Below are positions 39,668-50,798 of a stretch of 64,000 nt of DNA, in pieces. Within the stretch, counting starts at the first letter, position 1. The number at the start of each line of letters is the position of its first letter. The translations under genes were made by a program, and so were the position numbers. The stretch is from Prochlorococcus sp. AG-321-E21 (GTDB taxonomy: Bacteria; Cyanobacteriota; Cyanobacteriia; PCC-6307; Cyanobiaceae). A model generated the notes under the pieces. It had not been told where the DNA came from, made no database searches, and was given only the letters and a program-made list of their open reading frames with translations. Where the stretch lies: positions 2,777 through 66,776 of the forward strand of contig QBXH01000004.1 of NCBI GenBank assembly GCA_003283415.1. Direction: 5' to 3'.

Positions 39668-41155
39668 GTGACTTATACTCAAGAAAAACAATCTAAAGCA
39701 AATCAAGCTTTTGATAAAGAAGATTGGTCTAGTGCATATAAAAATGTTGAAAAAGAATTAACAAATGAACCATTAAATACAATTAAAGGGGGGAATATTT
39801 ATGAATTAAATGGAACTCTATTCAGAAATGGTCCGGGCATATTAGAAAGAGGAGGCCAATGGGTTCATCATCCCTTTGATGGAGATGGGATGATTACAGC
39901 AATTAAATTTGATAATGGAAAACCATCATTAACGAATAAGTTTGTGCGAACAAAAGGTTTTTTAGAAGAAAAAAAGATTAATAAATTTATTTATAGAGGA
40001 GTTTTTGGGACACAAAAAAGTGGGGGAATTTTAAATAATGCTCTAGATTTAAAATTCAAAAATATTGCTAATACTCATGTTGTAAAACTAGGTAATGAAA
40101 TTCTTGCATTATGGGAAGCAGCAGGTCCACATGCATTAGATCCCAATAATCTTGATACCATTGGATTAACAACTTTAAGTGGAGTTTTAAAGACCAATGA
40201 AGCATTTAGTGCTCATCCCAAATCTGATTTTAATTCAAATGCGTCCTCTGAACTTTTGGTAACTTTTGGAGTACAAACCGGTCCGAAAAGTACTATTAGA
40301 TTAATGGAATTCTCAAATGCTGGTGAAAATTCTGGCGAGTTGATAGTTGATAGGAAAGATACGTTTAATGGATTTGCATTCCTTCATGATTTCGCAATTA
40401 CAACGAATTGGGCGATATTTTTACAGAATGCTATCGACTTTAATCCTTTACCATTTGTAATGGGCCAAAAAGGAGCCGCTCAATGTTTAAAATCAAATCC
40501 TAATAAAAAAGCTAAATTTTTTATAATTCCAAGAGAAAGTGGTTTATTTAAGGGTCAACCACCAATAACTATAGATGCTCCAGATGGATTTGTTTTTCAT
40601 CATGTTAATGCGTTCGAGAAAGATTCAAACATAATTTTAGACAGTATTTTTTATGATGATTTTCCCTCTGTTGGGCCTGATGAAAATTTCAGAGATATTA
40701 ACTTTGATAATTATCCAGAGGGAAATTTAAAAAGATCTATTATTAACTTAAAGGGGAAAACTTCTACACTTGAAACTTTAAGTTCACAATGTTGCGAGTT
40801 TGCTACTGTAAACCCTAAATTTCTGGGATTAAAAGCATCTTATTCTTGGATGGCCTGCACAGATAAGAAAATAGGTAATGCTCCTTTACAAGCTATAAAA
40901 AAAATAAATTTGAATACCAAAGAGGAAATTTCTTGGTCAGCAGCACCTAGCGGATTTGTTAGTGAACCAATAATGGTTCCATCAAAAGCATCAAATAAAG
41001 AAGATGAAGGTTACATATTTGTTCTTCTTTGGAATGGGAAGAGAAGAGGAAGTGATCTTGTGATATTAGATGCTAAAGATTTAAAAGAATTAGCTATATA
41101 TGAGCTTCCAATTTCTATTCCTCATGGCTTACATGGATCTTGGGTTAATAATTAA
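39668..41155 (+). CDS. Apocarotenoid/carotenoid cleavage dioxygenase
   Basis: RNGPG, HPFDGDG, four His ligands (AHP, HDF, FHH, LHG). Confidence 0.93.
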   Translation: MTYTQEKQSKANQAFDKEDWSSAYKNVEKELTNEPLNTIKGGNIYELNGTLFRNGPGILERGGQWVHHPFDGDGMITAIKFDNGKPSLTNKFVRTKGFLEEKKINKFIYRGVFGTQKSGGILNNALDLKFKNIANTHVVKLGNEILALWEAAGPHALDPNNLDTIGLTTLSGVLKTNEAFSAHPKSDFNSNASSELLVTFGVQTGPKSTIRLMEFSNAGENSGELIVDRKDTFNGFAFLHDFAITTNWAIFLQNAIDFNPLPFVMGQKGAAQCLKSNPNKKAKFFIIPRESGLFKGQPPITIDAPDGFVFHHVNAFEKDSNIILDSIFYDDFPSVGPDENFRDINFDNYPEGNLKRSIINLKGKTSTLETLSSQCCEFATVNPKFLGLKASYSWMACTDKKIGNAPLQAIKKINLNTKEEISWSAAPSGFVSEPIMVPSKASNKEDEGYIFVLLWNGKRRGSDLVILDAKDLKELAIYELPISIPHGLHGSWVNN

Positions 41156-41731
41156 TCAGGAAAATATTTTCAACAATTGGGGAATAATTTTTTTAACTGC
41201 TTTACCACGATGACTACATAAATCTTTTAATTCATTATTCATCTCAGCAAAAGTTAATTTACTTAACAACTCCTCAAAAATAGGATCATAACCAAAACCA
41301 CTATTCCCTCTAGATTTTAGAATAATATTTCCAAAGCATTTTGCCTCAGATTCCAATATCACATTACCAATGGGAGAGCAAACACAAATATTAGCAATGA
41401 AATAAGCACCTCTATTTTCTTCTCCATCAAGTTCATTTAAAACTCTTTCTATTCTTTTTTGATCATTTTCTGCGTATCTTGATGAGTAAATTCCTGGCTT
41501 ACCATCCAAAGCATCAATACATATTCCAGAATCATCAGCTATGGCATAGTTTTTTGTCTTTTTAGAAACTTCACATGCTTTTTTGATTGCATTCTCCCTA
41601 AATGTAATTCCATTTTCTTCAACTTCTATTGATTCTGGTTGAAGCAATAATCGGCAATTTACATTTGAAAGTAATTTTTTATATTCGTTAATTTTACCAA
41701 GGTTTTTGCTTGCTAAATATAATTTTTTCAT
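41156..41731 (-). CDS. rdgB: dITP/XTP pyrophosphatase (HAM1 family)
   Basis: ADDSG, PGIYSSRY, GFGYDPIF, SHRGKA. Confidence 0.95.
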   Translation of the reverse strand: MKKLYLASKNLGKINEYKKLLSNVNCRLLLQPESIEVEENGITFRENAIKKACEVSKKTKNYAIADDSGICIDALDGKPGIYSSRYAENDQKRIERVLNELDGEENRGAYFIANICVCSPIGNVILESEAKCFGNIILKSRGNSGFGYDPIFEELLSKLTFAEMNNELKDLCSHRGKAVKKIIPQLLKIFS

Positions 41732-41732
41732 T

Positions 41733-43187
41733 TTATATTTTTACAGTATTTAAGAATTTTTGACTCCATTCCAAAACCTCATTTAAATTATGTTCAGAGC
41801 TTGCTTCACAATATAATCTTAAAAGAGGCTCTGTTCCTGAAAACCTAAATAATAGCCAAAAATTATTATCCAGCCTCAATTTTATGCCGTCGATATTTGA
41901 CATACTTATGATTTTATGGCCACATATTTTTGAAGGAATATTATTATTAATAAATTTTTCAAGAATTTCTTTTTCTGACTGATTTGGAAATTTAATATCA
42001 ATCCTTCTATAAAAACTTGGACCAAATTTTTCTTGAATTTCATCTAAACTTTCAGATAAATATTTTGATTTTTCTGCGATTCCATTTAACAAAATCATAG
42101 CTGCATATAAAGCATCTCTCTCTGGCATAAAGTCTCCGAAACCTACACCTCCTGATTCCTCCCCTCCAATAAATATTTTTTCATTAATCATTTTTTTTGC
42201 AATATATTTAAAACCTACAGGTAGTTCAACAACTTCTCTATTTTGATTTTTGGCGATATTACTTATAATATCTGAGCCACTAACAGTTTTAAGTACTGGA
42301 TATAAATTCTTATTCTTTTCCCCCAAATAACTTATAAAGAAAGGTAATAAAACTTGTGTACTACAAAATCTTCCTTTTTCATCAATTACAGCAATCCTAT
42401 CTCCATCTCCGTCAAAAATTATACCTAGAGTTTTAATGCCTTTTTTAGAATTTCTTATTAATATTTCAGTTAAATTTTTTAAATATTTTTGCAGTGGTTC
42501 GGGAGGGTTTCCTCCAAATAAAGGATCATAATCTGCTCTAATCTCCGTAATTATTTTTGAATCATAATCCTCAAAGATTTGACTAATACAATTTGCTGCT
42601 GAACCATGCATAGAATCAACGAAAATTTGCAAATTCATTTTCTTTAAATGATTCACTATAAAATCAATCTTAAAATTAGATTTAATCTGATCTAAATGAA
42701 ACTTCTTAATATCAACTTTTTCATATGCACTTTCCAATCTTTCAATTGAGTTTCCAAGAAGTAACCTTTTTTCAACTTCCTTTGTAAAAGATTCATCTAC
42801 AGAGCATCCTTTAAAACTCTTAATCTTTAGACCCAGCCAGTTATAAGGATTATGACTTGCTGTAATAACTAAACAACCTAAAAACATAAATTTTTTAGCG
42901 TATAAGCTGCAAGAGGGTGTTGGAACATCACTAGTAGAGAGAATAGGTTCAAAACCAGCTCCTTTAACAAAAGAGGCTATCTCCTTTGCAAACACATTTG
43001 CCATGAATCTACGATCGTAACCAATAAGTATTTTTTTAGAATTAGTTTCTTCGAAGTATTGATAATATAATTCTTGACAGGAAGCCACAACGACCCTAGA
43101 GAGATTTGATTGATTGAAATCAAATCCAATTATTCCTCTCCAGCCATCAGTACCAAATTTTATTTTATCTAATTCATTTGAAGACAA
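41733..43187 (-). CDS. Phosphoglucomutase/phosphomannomutase
   Basis: FGTDGWRG, TASHNP, DGDGDR, GEESG, SGTEP. Confidence 0.95.
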   Translation of the reverse strand: MSSNELDKIKFGTDGWRGIIGFDFNQSNLSRVVVASCQELYYQYFEETNSKKILIGYDRRFMANVFAKEIASFVKGAGFEPILSTSDVPTPSCSLYAKKFMFLGCLVITASHNPYNWLGLKIKSFKGCSVDESFTKEVEKRLLLGNSIERLESAYEKVDIKKFHLDQIKSNFKIDFIVNHLKKMNLQIFVDSMHGSAANCISQIFEDYDSKIITEIRADYDPLFGGNPPEPLQKYLKNLTEILIRNSKKGIKTLGIIFDGDGDRIAVIDEKGRFCSTQVLLPFFISYLGEKNKNLYPVLKTVSGSDIISNIAKNQNREVVELPVGFKYIAKKMINEKIFIGGEESGGVGFGDFMPERDALYAAMILLNGIAEKSKYLSESLDEIQEKFGPSFYRRIDIKFPNQSEKEILEKFINNNIPSKICGHKIISMSNIDGIKLRLDNNFWLLFRFSGTEPLLRLYCEASSEHNLNEVLEWSQKFLNTVKI

Positions 43188-43256
43188 AGTTAAATAGTTC
43201 CTTGATTTCCAATATTTATCTATATTAATTTATATAAGCATAAATTTGAACTGCCT

Positions 43257-44687
43257 TTGCAAAAAAAATTGAATAATCTTTATTTAAAAAGTTTTATAAG
43301 ATGCAAAAGGAAAGCTTGGCTTGATTATCGTGGCCATAAGTCTCATAAAATTTGGTCACCGCATCAATCTATAGAAATAATTAATCGATATAAAAACTTT
43401 TATAAATTAAGTAAAGGAGATTTATATGCTGGAACAAAAGCCTGTAAGAAGGGTTCAAGCGGGGTAATCGGATTAAAAGCAAAATCTAAAGTAATCAAAA
43501 ATTTAAAAGCAGAAATTAAACCTCAATTACTTAAAAAAGTTAGTGGGCATAGTAAATGGGGAGATTATAAATACATCCCCGTTGTATATAAGTTAGGACA
43601 TAGAACAACTAAAGAGCATTTATTCGATTTAGCTTTTTGTTCTATTGTATTGGAATCCTATCAAAAATCAAAAGTTGACAAGGGATTAGTAGTTTCAAAT
43701 TATTCCAATCAAATTAATATTGAAAAAATTGATTTAAATCTAAGATTAAGAAAAAAAGTATTAAATACCTTTTTAAATTTAAATGAATATTTAAAAAGGT
43801 CTATCCCAGATATTACTGAAGACCGAAAAAAATGTACCCTATGTTCATGGCAAAAGTTTTGTGATACTGAAGCAAAAAACAATGGATATCTAACAGATAT
43901 AGATGGTATAGGTTCTAAAACAGCCTTATTCCTACAAAAAAAAGGGATCTTAAATATTAAAGAACTAGCTGATGCTAGAGAAATCGATTTAGGCGAAAAA
44001 CTTATTCAATTCAAAGAGCAAAAATTTAAAAAAGCTTCAAAGTTTATAAATCAATCAAAAGCATATTTATCAGGAATCCCAATTCGAATTTTTGAAAGTG
44101 AAAACATATCTTATCTTTTATCAAATAAAGATTCTGGATTCTTTATTTTTGATATTGAGTCAAATCCAGATGAGCGGCATGATTTTTTATATGGATTTTT
44201 AGAAGTAAATAATTTGTTTAAAAATATTGAAGATGATTTTTATTATCCAATATTAAATCTCACAAAAAATAGTAAAAAATCAAATCAAGAAATTATCCAA
44301 AAACTTTTTTCTAAAAAATATTGGCCAGTTTTACATTACGGAGAGACTGAGAAAGTAGCAATTTTAAATTTAGCGAGGCAATTAGATCTTGATGTAAAAG
44401 AAATTGAGATTCTAAAATCTAGATTTATAGACTTACACTTAATAGTTAGAGGTTCATGGATATTACCGATTAGAAATTATAGTTTAAAAACAGTTGCTAA
44501 TTGGATGGGATTCAAATGGAAACAAAAAAATGTAAATGGATCTAAAGCTTTATATTGGTGGATTCAATATAAAAGTACTTTAAATGATCTTTTTTTAAAA
44601 AAAATAATTAAATATAATCGAGATGACTGTTTGGCTACACTTCAAATAGCAAAGTGGTTAATCAAAAAACACGAAAAGATTAATTAA
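43257..44687 (+). CDS. TM0106-family RecB-like nuclease
   Basis: CKRKAWL, CxxCxWxxxC, HhH, FDIE RNaseH-like domain, YNRDDC. Confidence 0.88.
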   Translation: MQKKLNNLYLKSFIRCKRKAWLDYRGHKSHKIWSPHQSIEIINRYKNFYKLSKGDLYAGTKACKKGSSGVIGLKAKSKVIKNLKAEIKPQLLKKVSGHSKWGDYKYIPVVYKLGHRTTKEHLFDLAFCSIVLESYQKSKVDKGLVVSNYSNQINIEKIDLNLRLRKKVLNTFLNLNEYLKRSIPDITEDRKKCTLCSWQKFCDTEAKNNGYLTDIDGIGSKTALFLQKKGILNIKELADAREIDLGEKLIQFKEQKFKKASKFINQSKAYLSGIPIRIFESENISYLLSNKDSGFFIFDIESNPDERHDFLYGFLEVNNLFKNIEDDFYYPILNLTKNSKKSNQEIIQKLFSKKYWPVLHYGETEKVAILNLARQLDLDVKEIEILKSRFIDLHLIVRGSWILPIRNYSLKTVANWMGFKWKQKNVNGSKALYWWIQYKSTLNDLFLKKIIKYNRDDCLATLQIAKWLIKKHEKIN

Positions 44688-45532
44688 AGAAAAGTTGAAC
44701 CTATAGATTTATCCACTGAAATTTGGCCAAAATTATCTGAAAAAAAAGAATTCTCCTGATCTAAATATTTTCTCTTTATCATTGCTAAGCCTTTGATTAT
44801 TTGAGAATCTGATTTATAAAAACTAGTAATGTAACCAACCGATTTTTCTTTATTTTGATTGTTATATAATTTGTTATTCGCAGATTCTATATTTAATACT
44901 TTATCCTTCGCTGTCCATACTCTGATCTCCTGCTTTAGAGAAGAAACATTCCTGATTTTTGAAATCGTTTCTTGACCCAAGTAACAACCTTTTTTAAAGT
45001 CTATAAGATCTGTGAGTCCTAATTCAAGTGGATTATTTTTTCCATTAATTTCATGATCTAAAGATGGTATAGCCTGATTAATCTTCCACAATTGCAAGTC
45101 ATTAGTATTTATTAAATTTGGATTATTTTTATAAAAATCATATTGTTTATTTTCATTTTTTAAAAAAATTGGTTGAGTGATTCTCCATGAACTAATCTCA
45201 TCAACTTGCTGAAGTCTAGTTATTAAAAAAGTTTCACTTAATAAAACATCATCTGATGGGAAAATAATATCATTAAAGTATTTTCTAATTTCACCAGTAT
45301 TTCCCGCAAAGACAATTACTTCTAATGTATTCTCTAAGCAATTAATTTCAAGTAATGACTTTAAAATTCCCTTTGGGGATAACCAGCAAGTTTTTAAAAC
45401 CTTATTATTTAAATCAATAATATTTCCTGTCGTTATTCCATTTAAGAATCTCTTCCTATCTTTTCCGGTAATAGAAAAGCAATCAAATTTCTCAATCCAA
45501 ATTTGTTCTTTATTTTCTTTAATTTTGGACAT
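44684..45532 (-). CDS. ygfZ: Folate-binding YgfZ/GcvT-like protein
   Basis: KGCYLGQE signature. Confidence 0.9.
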   Translation of the reverse strand: MSKIKENKEQIWIEKFDCFSITGKDRKRFLNGITTGNIIDLNNKVLKTCWLSPKGILKSLLEINCLENTLEVIVFAGNTGEIRKYFNDIIFPSDDVLLSETFLITRLQQVDEISSWRITQPIFLKNENKQYDFYKNNPNLINTNDLQLWKINQAIPSLDHEINGKNNPLELGLTDLIDFKKGCYLGQETISKIRNVSSLKQEIRVWTAKDKVLNIESANNKLYNNQNKEKSVGYITSFYKSDSQIIKGLAMIKRKYLDQENSFFSDNFGQISVDKSIGSTFL

Positions 45533-45535
45533 TAT

Positions 45536-46096
45536 TTAGACAAAGTTCTCTATTGAAAATAAGCTTTTTAATTGTATATTTTGCTCTTTTAAGGCCTCAT
45601 ATCCTCCCTCTTTTCTATCAACAATAGACAAAACTTCTTTAACTAAAAAATTATTTTCTCGTAATTTATTTATTGCTTTTATAGCTGATCCAGCTGTAGT
45701 GACAACATCTTCCAAGACAGTTACCTCAGTTCCTTTATTTAAAGTAGGACCTTCTAATCCAGCCTTTGTTCCATATTCCTTTATTTCTTTTCTGATAATT
45801 AAAGCGTCTAGTAATAAGCCTTTAGAAGCAGCCGTTACGATTACACCACTAACCAAAGGATCAGCCCCTAAAGTCAACCCAGCCACAGCTTTTGAACTTG
45901 GATCCATTAACTCTAAAAACAAATTACTAATTAATTGCAACCCTATTCCATTTAAGGATACAGGTTTACAATTTAGATAATGAGCACTTTGTTTACCAGA
46001 TGCCAAAATAAAGTTTCCTTTCTTATAAGATTTTTCTATTAAAAGTTTTAATAAATTTTCTTTATTTAAGTTATTCTTCTGAGAAAATTTTTTCAT
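45536..46096 (-). CDS. pyrE: Orotate phosphoribosyltransferase
   Basis: [26 protein letters not shown]. Confidence 0.95.
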   Translation of the reverse strand: MKKFSQKNNLNKENLLKLLIEKSYKKGNFILASGKQSAHYLNCKPVSLNGIGLQLISNLFLELMDPSSKAVAGLTLGADPLVSGVIVTAASKGLLLDALIIRKEIKEYGTKAGLEGPTLNKGTEVTVLEDVVTTAGSAIKAINKLRENNFLVKEVLSIVDRKEGGYEALKEQNIQLKSLFSIENFV

Positions 46097-46235
46097 TAAT
46101 AGAAGTTCAGCTTATGTTTCAAGATTAGGAGAAAAAAAAGAAATCTCACAAAAACTTACTAAGTTGGTGCTTTTTGAAATATTATTTTTATATTGTATGT
46201 AAATTGAATGTAATTAATCATTACTGCAAAATCTT

Positions 46236-46308
46236 GGGGGTGTAGCAATCTGGTGAATGCACCAAACTCATAATTTGGCTAAGGCGAGTTCGATCCTCGC
46301 CACCCCCA
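46236..46308 (+). tRNA. tRNA with CAU anticodon, probably tRNA-Ile2 (lysidine)
   Basis: GGGGGTG/CACCCCC-A acceptor stem; CCAAA-CTCATAA-TTTGG anticodon arm. Confidence 0.9.
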
Positions 46309-46326
46309 TCACTAATTTGTTTTTGA

Positions 46327-47595
46327 ATGAAAATAACTTTACTATTTTTGCTTTTAGTATTTCCAGCTTTTTTTGCTGCAAGTGAACTCTCATTTTTATT
46401 AATAAGGCCAAGTAAAGTTTTAAGACTAATAGAAGAGAAAAGAAAAGGAGCATTTTCCATTTTAAAAATACAAAAAAGATTCAGATCCTCCCTAATAGCA
46501 TCTCAATTTGGAGTGACAATTTCTCTTATCGCTATTGGTTGGTTAAGTAAAGGATTAGCTAATGATGTTTGGAACGAAAATAAATTTTCAAACAGAATAT
46601 ATGATCTTCTATTTTTTTTATTAATAGTGCTTACAGTAACCCTTATATCCGGTCTTATTCCTAAAGCACTAGTAATAAATAATCCAGAGTCAGCTGCTTT
46701 GAGATTAACTACAATTTTTGACGCAGTTCGCAAAGGAATGCGTCCTATTGTTTCTATAATCGAATTTTTTGCAAGTGCTTGTTTAAGGTTATTTAATCTA
46801 AACAACAAATGGGATTCATTAAATTCAGTTTTATCGGCAGGTGAATTAGAAACATTAATAGAAACAGATAATGTCACAGGATTAAAACCTGATGAGAAAA
46901 ATATCTTAGAAGGTGTTTTTGCCTTAAAAGATACTCAAGTCAAAGAAGTAATGATTCCAAGATCTGAAATGGTAACTTTGCCAAAAAATATTACTTTTGC
47001 TGAACTTATGAAACAGGTTGATAAAACAAGGCATGCTCGTTTTTTTGTAATTGGGGAATCACTAGATGATGTTTTAGGAGTTTTAGATTTACGTTATTTA
47101 GCAAAACCAATATCTAAAAGCGAAATGGCCGCAAATACATTACTTGAACCTTTTCTTTTACCAGTTACAAAAGTAATAGAGACATGCTTATTAGCAGAGA
47201 TATTACCTCTAGTTAGAGATTACAATCCATTTTTGCTAGTTGTCGATGAACATGGTGGAACTGAGGGACTTATCACTGCAGCTGATCTTACTGGAGAAAT
47301 TGTTGGAGAAGAAATGCTGAATAGCAGAATATATTCTGATATGAAAATGTTGGATAATTTCTCTAAGAAGTGGTCAATTGCTGGTAAAGCAGAAATAATA
47401 GAAATCAACAAAAAGTTAGGATGTTTTCTTCCAGAAGGATCAGATTATCATACACTTGCAGGATTTCTTCTTGAAAGATTTCAAATGGTTCCAAAAATTG
47501 GAGATAGTTTAGAATTCAAAAATATTAAATTTGAAATAATTTCAATGTCAGGTCCAAAAATTGATCGTGTAAAAATATTTCTGCCAAAAAGTTAA
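46327..47595 (+). CDS. CNNM/CBS-domain (HlyC/CorC family) protein
   Basis: FFAASE, DUF21 TM region, VMIPR, VVDEHGG, TLAG. Confidence 0.92.
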   Translation: MKITLLFLLLVFPAFFAASELSFLLIRPSKVLRLIEEKRKGAFSILKIQKRFRSSLIASQFGVTISLIAIGWLSKGLANDVWNENKFSNRIYDLLFFLLIVLTVTLISGLIPKALVINNPESAALRLTTIFDAVRKGMRPIVSIIEFFASACLRLFNLNNKWDSLNSVLSAGELETLIETDNVTGLKPDEKNILEGVFALKDTQVKEVMIPRSEMVTLPKNITFAELMKQVDKTRHARFFVIGESLDDVLGVLDLRYLAKPISKSEMAANTLLEPFLLPVTKVIETCLLAEILPLVRDYNPFLLVVDEHGGTEGLITAADLTGEIVGEEMLNSRIYSDMKMLDNFSKKWSIAGKAEIIEINKKLGCFLPEGSDYHTLAGFLLERFQMVPKIGDSLEFKNIKFEIISMSGPKIDRVKIFLPKS

Positions 47596-47645
47596 AATTG
47601 ACATCCAATGAAGGATAATAACTAGATATATATGGACTATAAGAT

Positions 47646-48650
47646 ATGAAACCAACCTCATCCTCAGTAAAGGTTGGAGTGATCGGAATAGGAAATATGG
47701 GATGGCATCATGCGCGCGTACTTAGTTTGCTTAAAGATGCAGATTTAGTGGGAGTTGCCGATCCCAATGAAAGCAGAGGTAAATTAGCAATAGAGCAATT
47801 TCAATGTGAGTGGTTTAAAGATTATCATGAACTTATTTCGAAAGTGGATGCTATTTGCATTGCTGTCCCTACACTTCTTCATCATAAAGTTGGCCTAGAT
47901 TGTCTTAAAGCAGGTGTTAATGTTCTTATTGAAAAACCTATCGCAGCTAATGAGTTAGAGGCAAAATCTTTAATAAATGCTTCTAAAATTAGTAATTGTC
48001 TTTTGCAAGTTGGGCATATCGAAAGATTTAATCCTGCTTTTAGAGAGTTAAATAAAATAGTTCAAAATGAAGAAATTGTTGTTTTAGAAGCAAGAAGACA
48101 CAGTCCTCATGCTGACAGAGCAAATGATGTATCTGTTGTCATGGATTTAATGATTCATGATATTGATTTAGTTCTTGAATTAGTAAATTCAAAAATACAG
48201 AAATTAGCAGCTGTAGGAGGACGCAATAGTGATGGCTTAATAGATTATGTAAATGCTACTTTAGTTTTTAATAATAATATTATTGCAAGCTTGACTGCCA
48301 GTAAAATGAGTCATAAAAAAATTAGAAGTTTAAGTGCACATTGCCAGAATGGTCTAGTTGAAACGGACTTCTTAAATCATTCTCTACAAATCCATAGAAA
48401 ATCCCATGAATCCTACACAGCGGAGCATGGAGAATTAATTTATAGAAATGATGGTTATGTTGAGGAAGTAAGCACAACCTCTATTGAACCTTTATATGCA
48501 GAGTTAGAACATTTTCTTAAGTGCGTACAGGGTAAAGAATCTCCTGAAGTGGATGGAGAACAAGCCTCAAGGGCGTTAAAAATTGCAGATTTTATTGAGC
48601 GTGCAGTAGAGAACTCCGGTGATGCAATATCACTTGAAATACCTTTCTAA
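47646..48650 (+). CDS. Gfo/Idh/MocA oxidoreductase
   Basis: GIGNMG, EKP, GHIERFNP, DLMIHDID. Confidence 0.93.
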   Translation: MKPTSSSVKVGVIGIGNMGWHHARVLSLLKDADLVGVADPNESRGKLAIEQFQCEWFKDYHELISKVDAICIAVPTLLHHKVGLDCLKAGVNVLIEKPIAANELEAKSLINASKISNCLLQVGHIERFNPAFRELNKIVQNEEIVVLEARRHSPHADRANDVSVVMDLMIHDIDLVLELVNSKIQKLAAVGGRNSDGLIDYVNATLVFNNNIIASLTASKMSHKKIRSLSAHCQNGLVETDFLNHSLQIHRKSHESYTAEHGELIYRNDGYVEEVSTTSIEPLYAELEHFLKCVQGKESPEVDGEQASRALKIADFIERAVENSGDAISLEIPF

Positions 48651-48666
48651 TAAATAAATAGTTTTT

Positions 48667-48807
48667 TTATTTAAATCCAACTGCAGCTTGCCAAACAAAT
48701 ACTAATAAAAAGAAAAATAAAGGTATTAAAGGAAGAACATCAACGGTTGGAGCGAAAGCCTTATAAGCTTCAGGCAATTCAGCGAATGTATTTAAAAGAG
48801 TGAGCAC
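48667..48807 (-). CDS. psbK: Photosystem II protein K (46 aa; not in ORF track)
   Basis: [36 protein letters not shown]; GTG start. Confidence 0.96.
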   Translation of the reverse strand: MLTLLNTFAELPEAYKAFAPTVDVLPLIPLFFFLLVFVWQAAVGFK

Positions 48808-48840
48808 CTTCTTAATAAATTAATTAATTATCTTAAGACG

Positions 48841-49959
48841 TTACCACGTATGGTGAGCAATAGAGGCTCTTTTCCAAGGAGCGAAATCTATTGTAAAACA
48901 ATTATCTTTAATTGCAGAAGAAATTGCATTTGTAAATCGAATTAGATGAGATATATTATGCAGACTAATTAGAGTCAGACCTAATATTTCATCATTTCTA
49001 ACTAAATGATGCAAATAAGCACGAGAATATGACTTACAAGTTTCACATTTACAAGTTTTATCTATTGGAGAAAAATCATTTTTAAAACGAGCATTTCTTA
49101 TATTCCATCTTTCGTCATTGAATAATGCTGTCCCATGTCGTCCTAACCTTGTTGGCAAAACACAGTCAAAGAGATCGAATCCTTTTGCAATCGCTAATGT
49201 AATCTCCTGTAAGGAGCCTATACCCATTAAGTATCTTGGTTTATTTCTGGGTAAGAATTTTGGAACAAAATTTATAACATTATGAATTTGGTCAACTGAT
49301 TCTCCTACACTAACTCCTCCTACTGCAATTCCTGGCAAATCAAAAGAGCTTGTAAATTCAGCACTAATTTCTCTTAGTTTTGGGTATCGCCCTCCTTGCA
49401 CAATCCCAAAAAGTGCTTGATTAGATTTATTATGAGTTTCAACACATTTTTTTAACCATATATGTGTACGATCTAACGAATCTTGAATATCATTTTCAGT
49501 CATAGTATGTGGAGGACAATGGTCAAAAGCCATAGCAATATCAGAGCCAAGATCCATCTGAATATGCATTACTTTATCAGGCGATAAAAAAACATGGCTT
49601 CCATCTCTAGGATTTTTAAATTCCACCCCTTCATTTGTAATATTGTTTAATTTAGCTAAGCTAAAAACTTGATATCCTCCTGAATCAGTAAGTATAGGTT
49701 TCTCCCAATTCATGAATTTATGAATTCCACCCGCTTCTTTGATAAGTTTTTCACCAGGCTGCAGATGAAGATGGAATGTATTAGAAAGAATCATTTCTGA
49801 ACCAGTAGATTCCAACTGTTTAGAGGAGACACCTTTAACGGTTGCTAAAGTCCCTACTGGCATGAATTTAGGAGTCCTAACCTGACCATTGGGAGTATGA
49901 AATATACCAGTTCTAGCTTCTGTATTACTACAACTTGATGTAACTTCAAAATTAAACAC
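48841..49959 (-). CDS. tgt: Queuine tRNA-ribosyltransferase
   Basis: [16 protein letters not shown], CxCxxC..SRAYLHHL. Confidence 0.98.
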   Translation of the reverse strand: MFNFEVTSSCSNTEARTGIFHTPNGQVRTPKFMPVGTLATVKGVSSKQLESTGSEMILSNTFHLHLQPGEKLIKEAGGIHKFMNWEKPILTDSGGYQVFSLAKLNNITNEGVEFKNPRDGSHVFLSPDKVMHIQMDLGSDIAMAFDHCPPHTMTENDIQDSLDRTHIWLKKCVETHNKSNQALFGIVQGGRYPKLREISAEFTSSFDLPGIAVGGVSVGESVDQIHNVINFVPKFLPRNKPRYLMGIGSLQEITLAIAKGFDLFDCVLPTRLGRHGTALFNDERWNIRNARFKNDFSPIDKTCKCETCKSYSRAYLHHLVRNDEILGLTLISLHNISHLIRFTNAISSAIKDNCFTIDFAPWKRASIAHHTW

Positions 49960-50003
49960 GATAAATTTTAAAGAATTTCTGATTTTTTTATTAATCTACA
50001 CTA

Positions 50004-50798
50004 TTGTTCAATAACGAAAATATCTATAGTCTCATCAAAAACAATTTCATCAATAATCTTGCAGGAGCTTGGATTTTCTACACTACTTTTCCAAAGCTGC
50101 CTTTTATTTCTCCAAAATTTAAAAATATTGCTCAATTTGCTCCAATATTAGGATTTTTTATAGGATTAATACAAAGTTTTATCTACCTTACTTTCAGAAA
50201 CAATTCTTGGTCTGTTTATTCATCTGTTCCGATTTGTTTAGCTTCTGGGTATTTAATAACTGGAGGTCTTCATTTAGATGGCTTAATGGATACCTTTGAT
50301 GGTATTTTTGCAGGCAAAAATAAATGTTTAAAAGCTATGAAAGAAAGTCAAGTTGGGGCTTTTGGAGTTCAATCATTATTTTTTATAACTTTAATACAAA
50401 TTGCATGTCTACTTAAAATTCAAAGCCAAATAATTTTAATTTTACCTATGTGCTTATTTTGGGGCAGGTTTTCAACTTTATTTTTGATAGATAAATTTAA
50501 ATATATAACTCTAAATACAAATTCTATATCTCACAAAAAGTACTGGAATGGTTTTAAAAAAGAATCTTTAGTTTCTATTATTTTTATTTTTATTTTTGTT
50601 ATTTATTATTTATTTTCTTATCAATCAGATCAATATATAATTCAAAAAATATTGCTATTTTTGACAGGCTTTTTTATAAGTTATGTAATTCCCAAAATTT
50701 TAGGTAGAAAAATTGGAGGATTTAATGGAGATGTATGCGGTGCAAGTGTGGTTCTTGTTGAAACAACAATGTTGTTTATTCATGCAGTTGTTTTATAG
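50004..50798 (+). CDS. cobS: Adenosylcobinamide-GDP ribazoletransferase
   Basis: TGGLHLDGLMDTFDG, GAFG, GGFNGDVCGA. Confidence 0.95.
   Translation: MFNNENIYSLIKNNFINNLAGAWIFYTTFPKLPFISPKFKNIAQFAPILGFFIGLIQSFIYLTFRNNSWSVYSSVPICLASGYLITGGLHLDGLMDTFDGIFAGKNKCLKAMKESQVGAFGVQSLFFITLIQIACLLKIQSQIILILPMCLFWGRFSTLFLIDKFKYITLNTNSISHKKYWNGFKKESLVSIIFIFIFVIYYLFSYQSDQYIIQKILLFLTGFFISYVIPKILGRKIGGFNGDVCGASVVLVETTMLFIHAVVL

Noticed and set aside
43257-44687. RecB-like nuclease as a Cas4 or defence gene
   Set aside because: TM0106-type gene embedded among housekeeping genes, with no array or mobile context.
46221-46460. Minus-strand ORFs over the CAU tRNA
   Set aside because: They overlap the tRNA and the CBS-domain gene in antisense.
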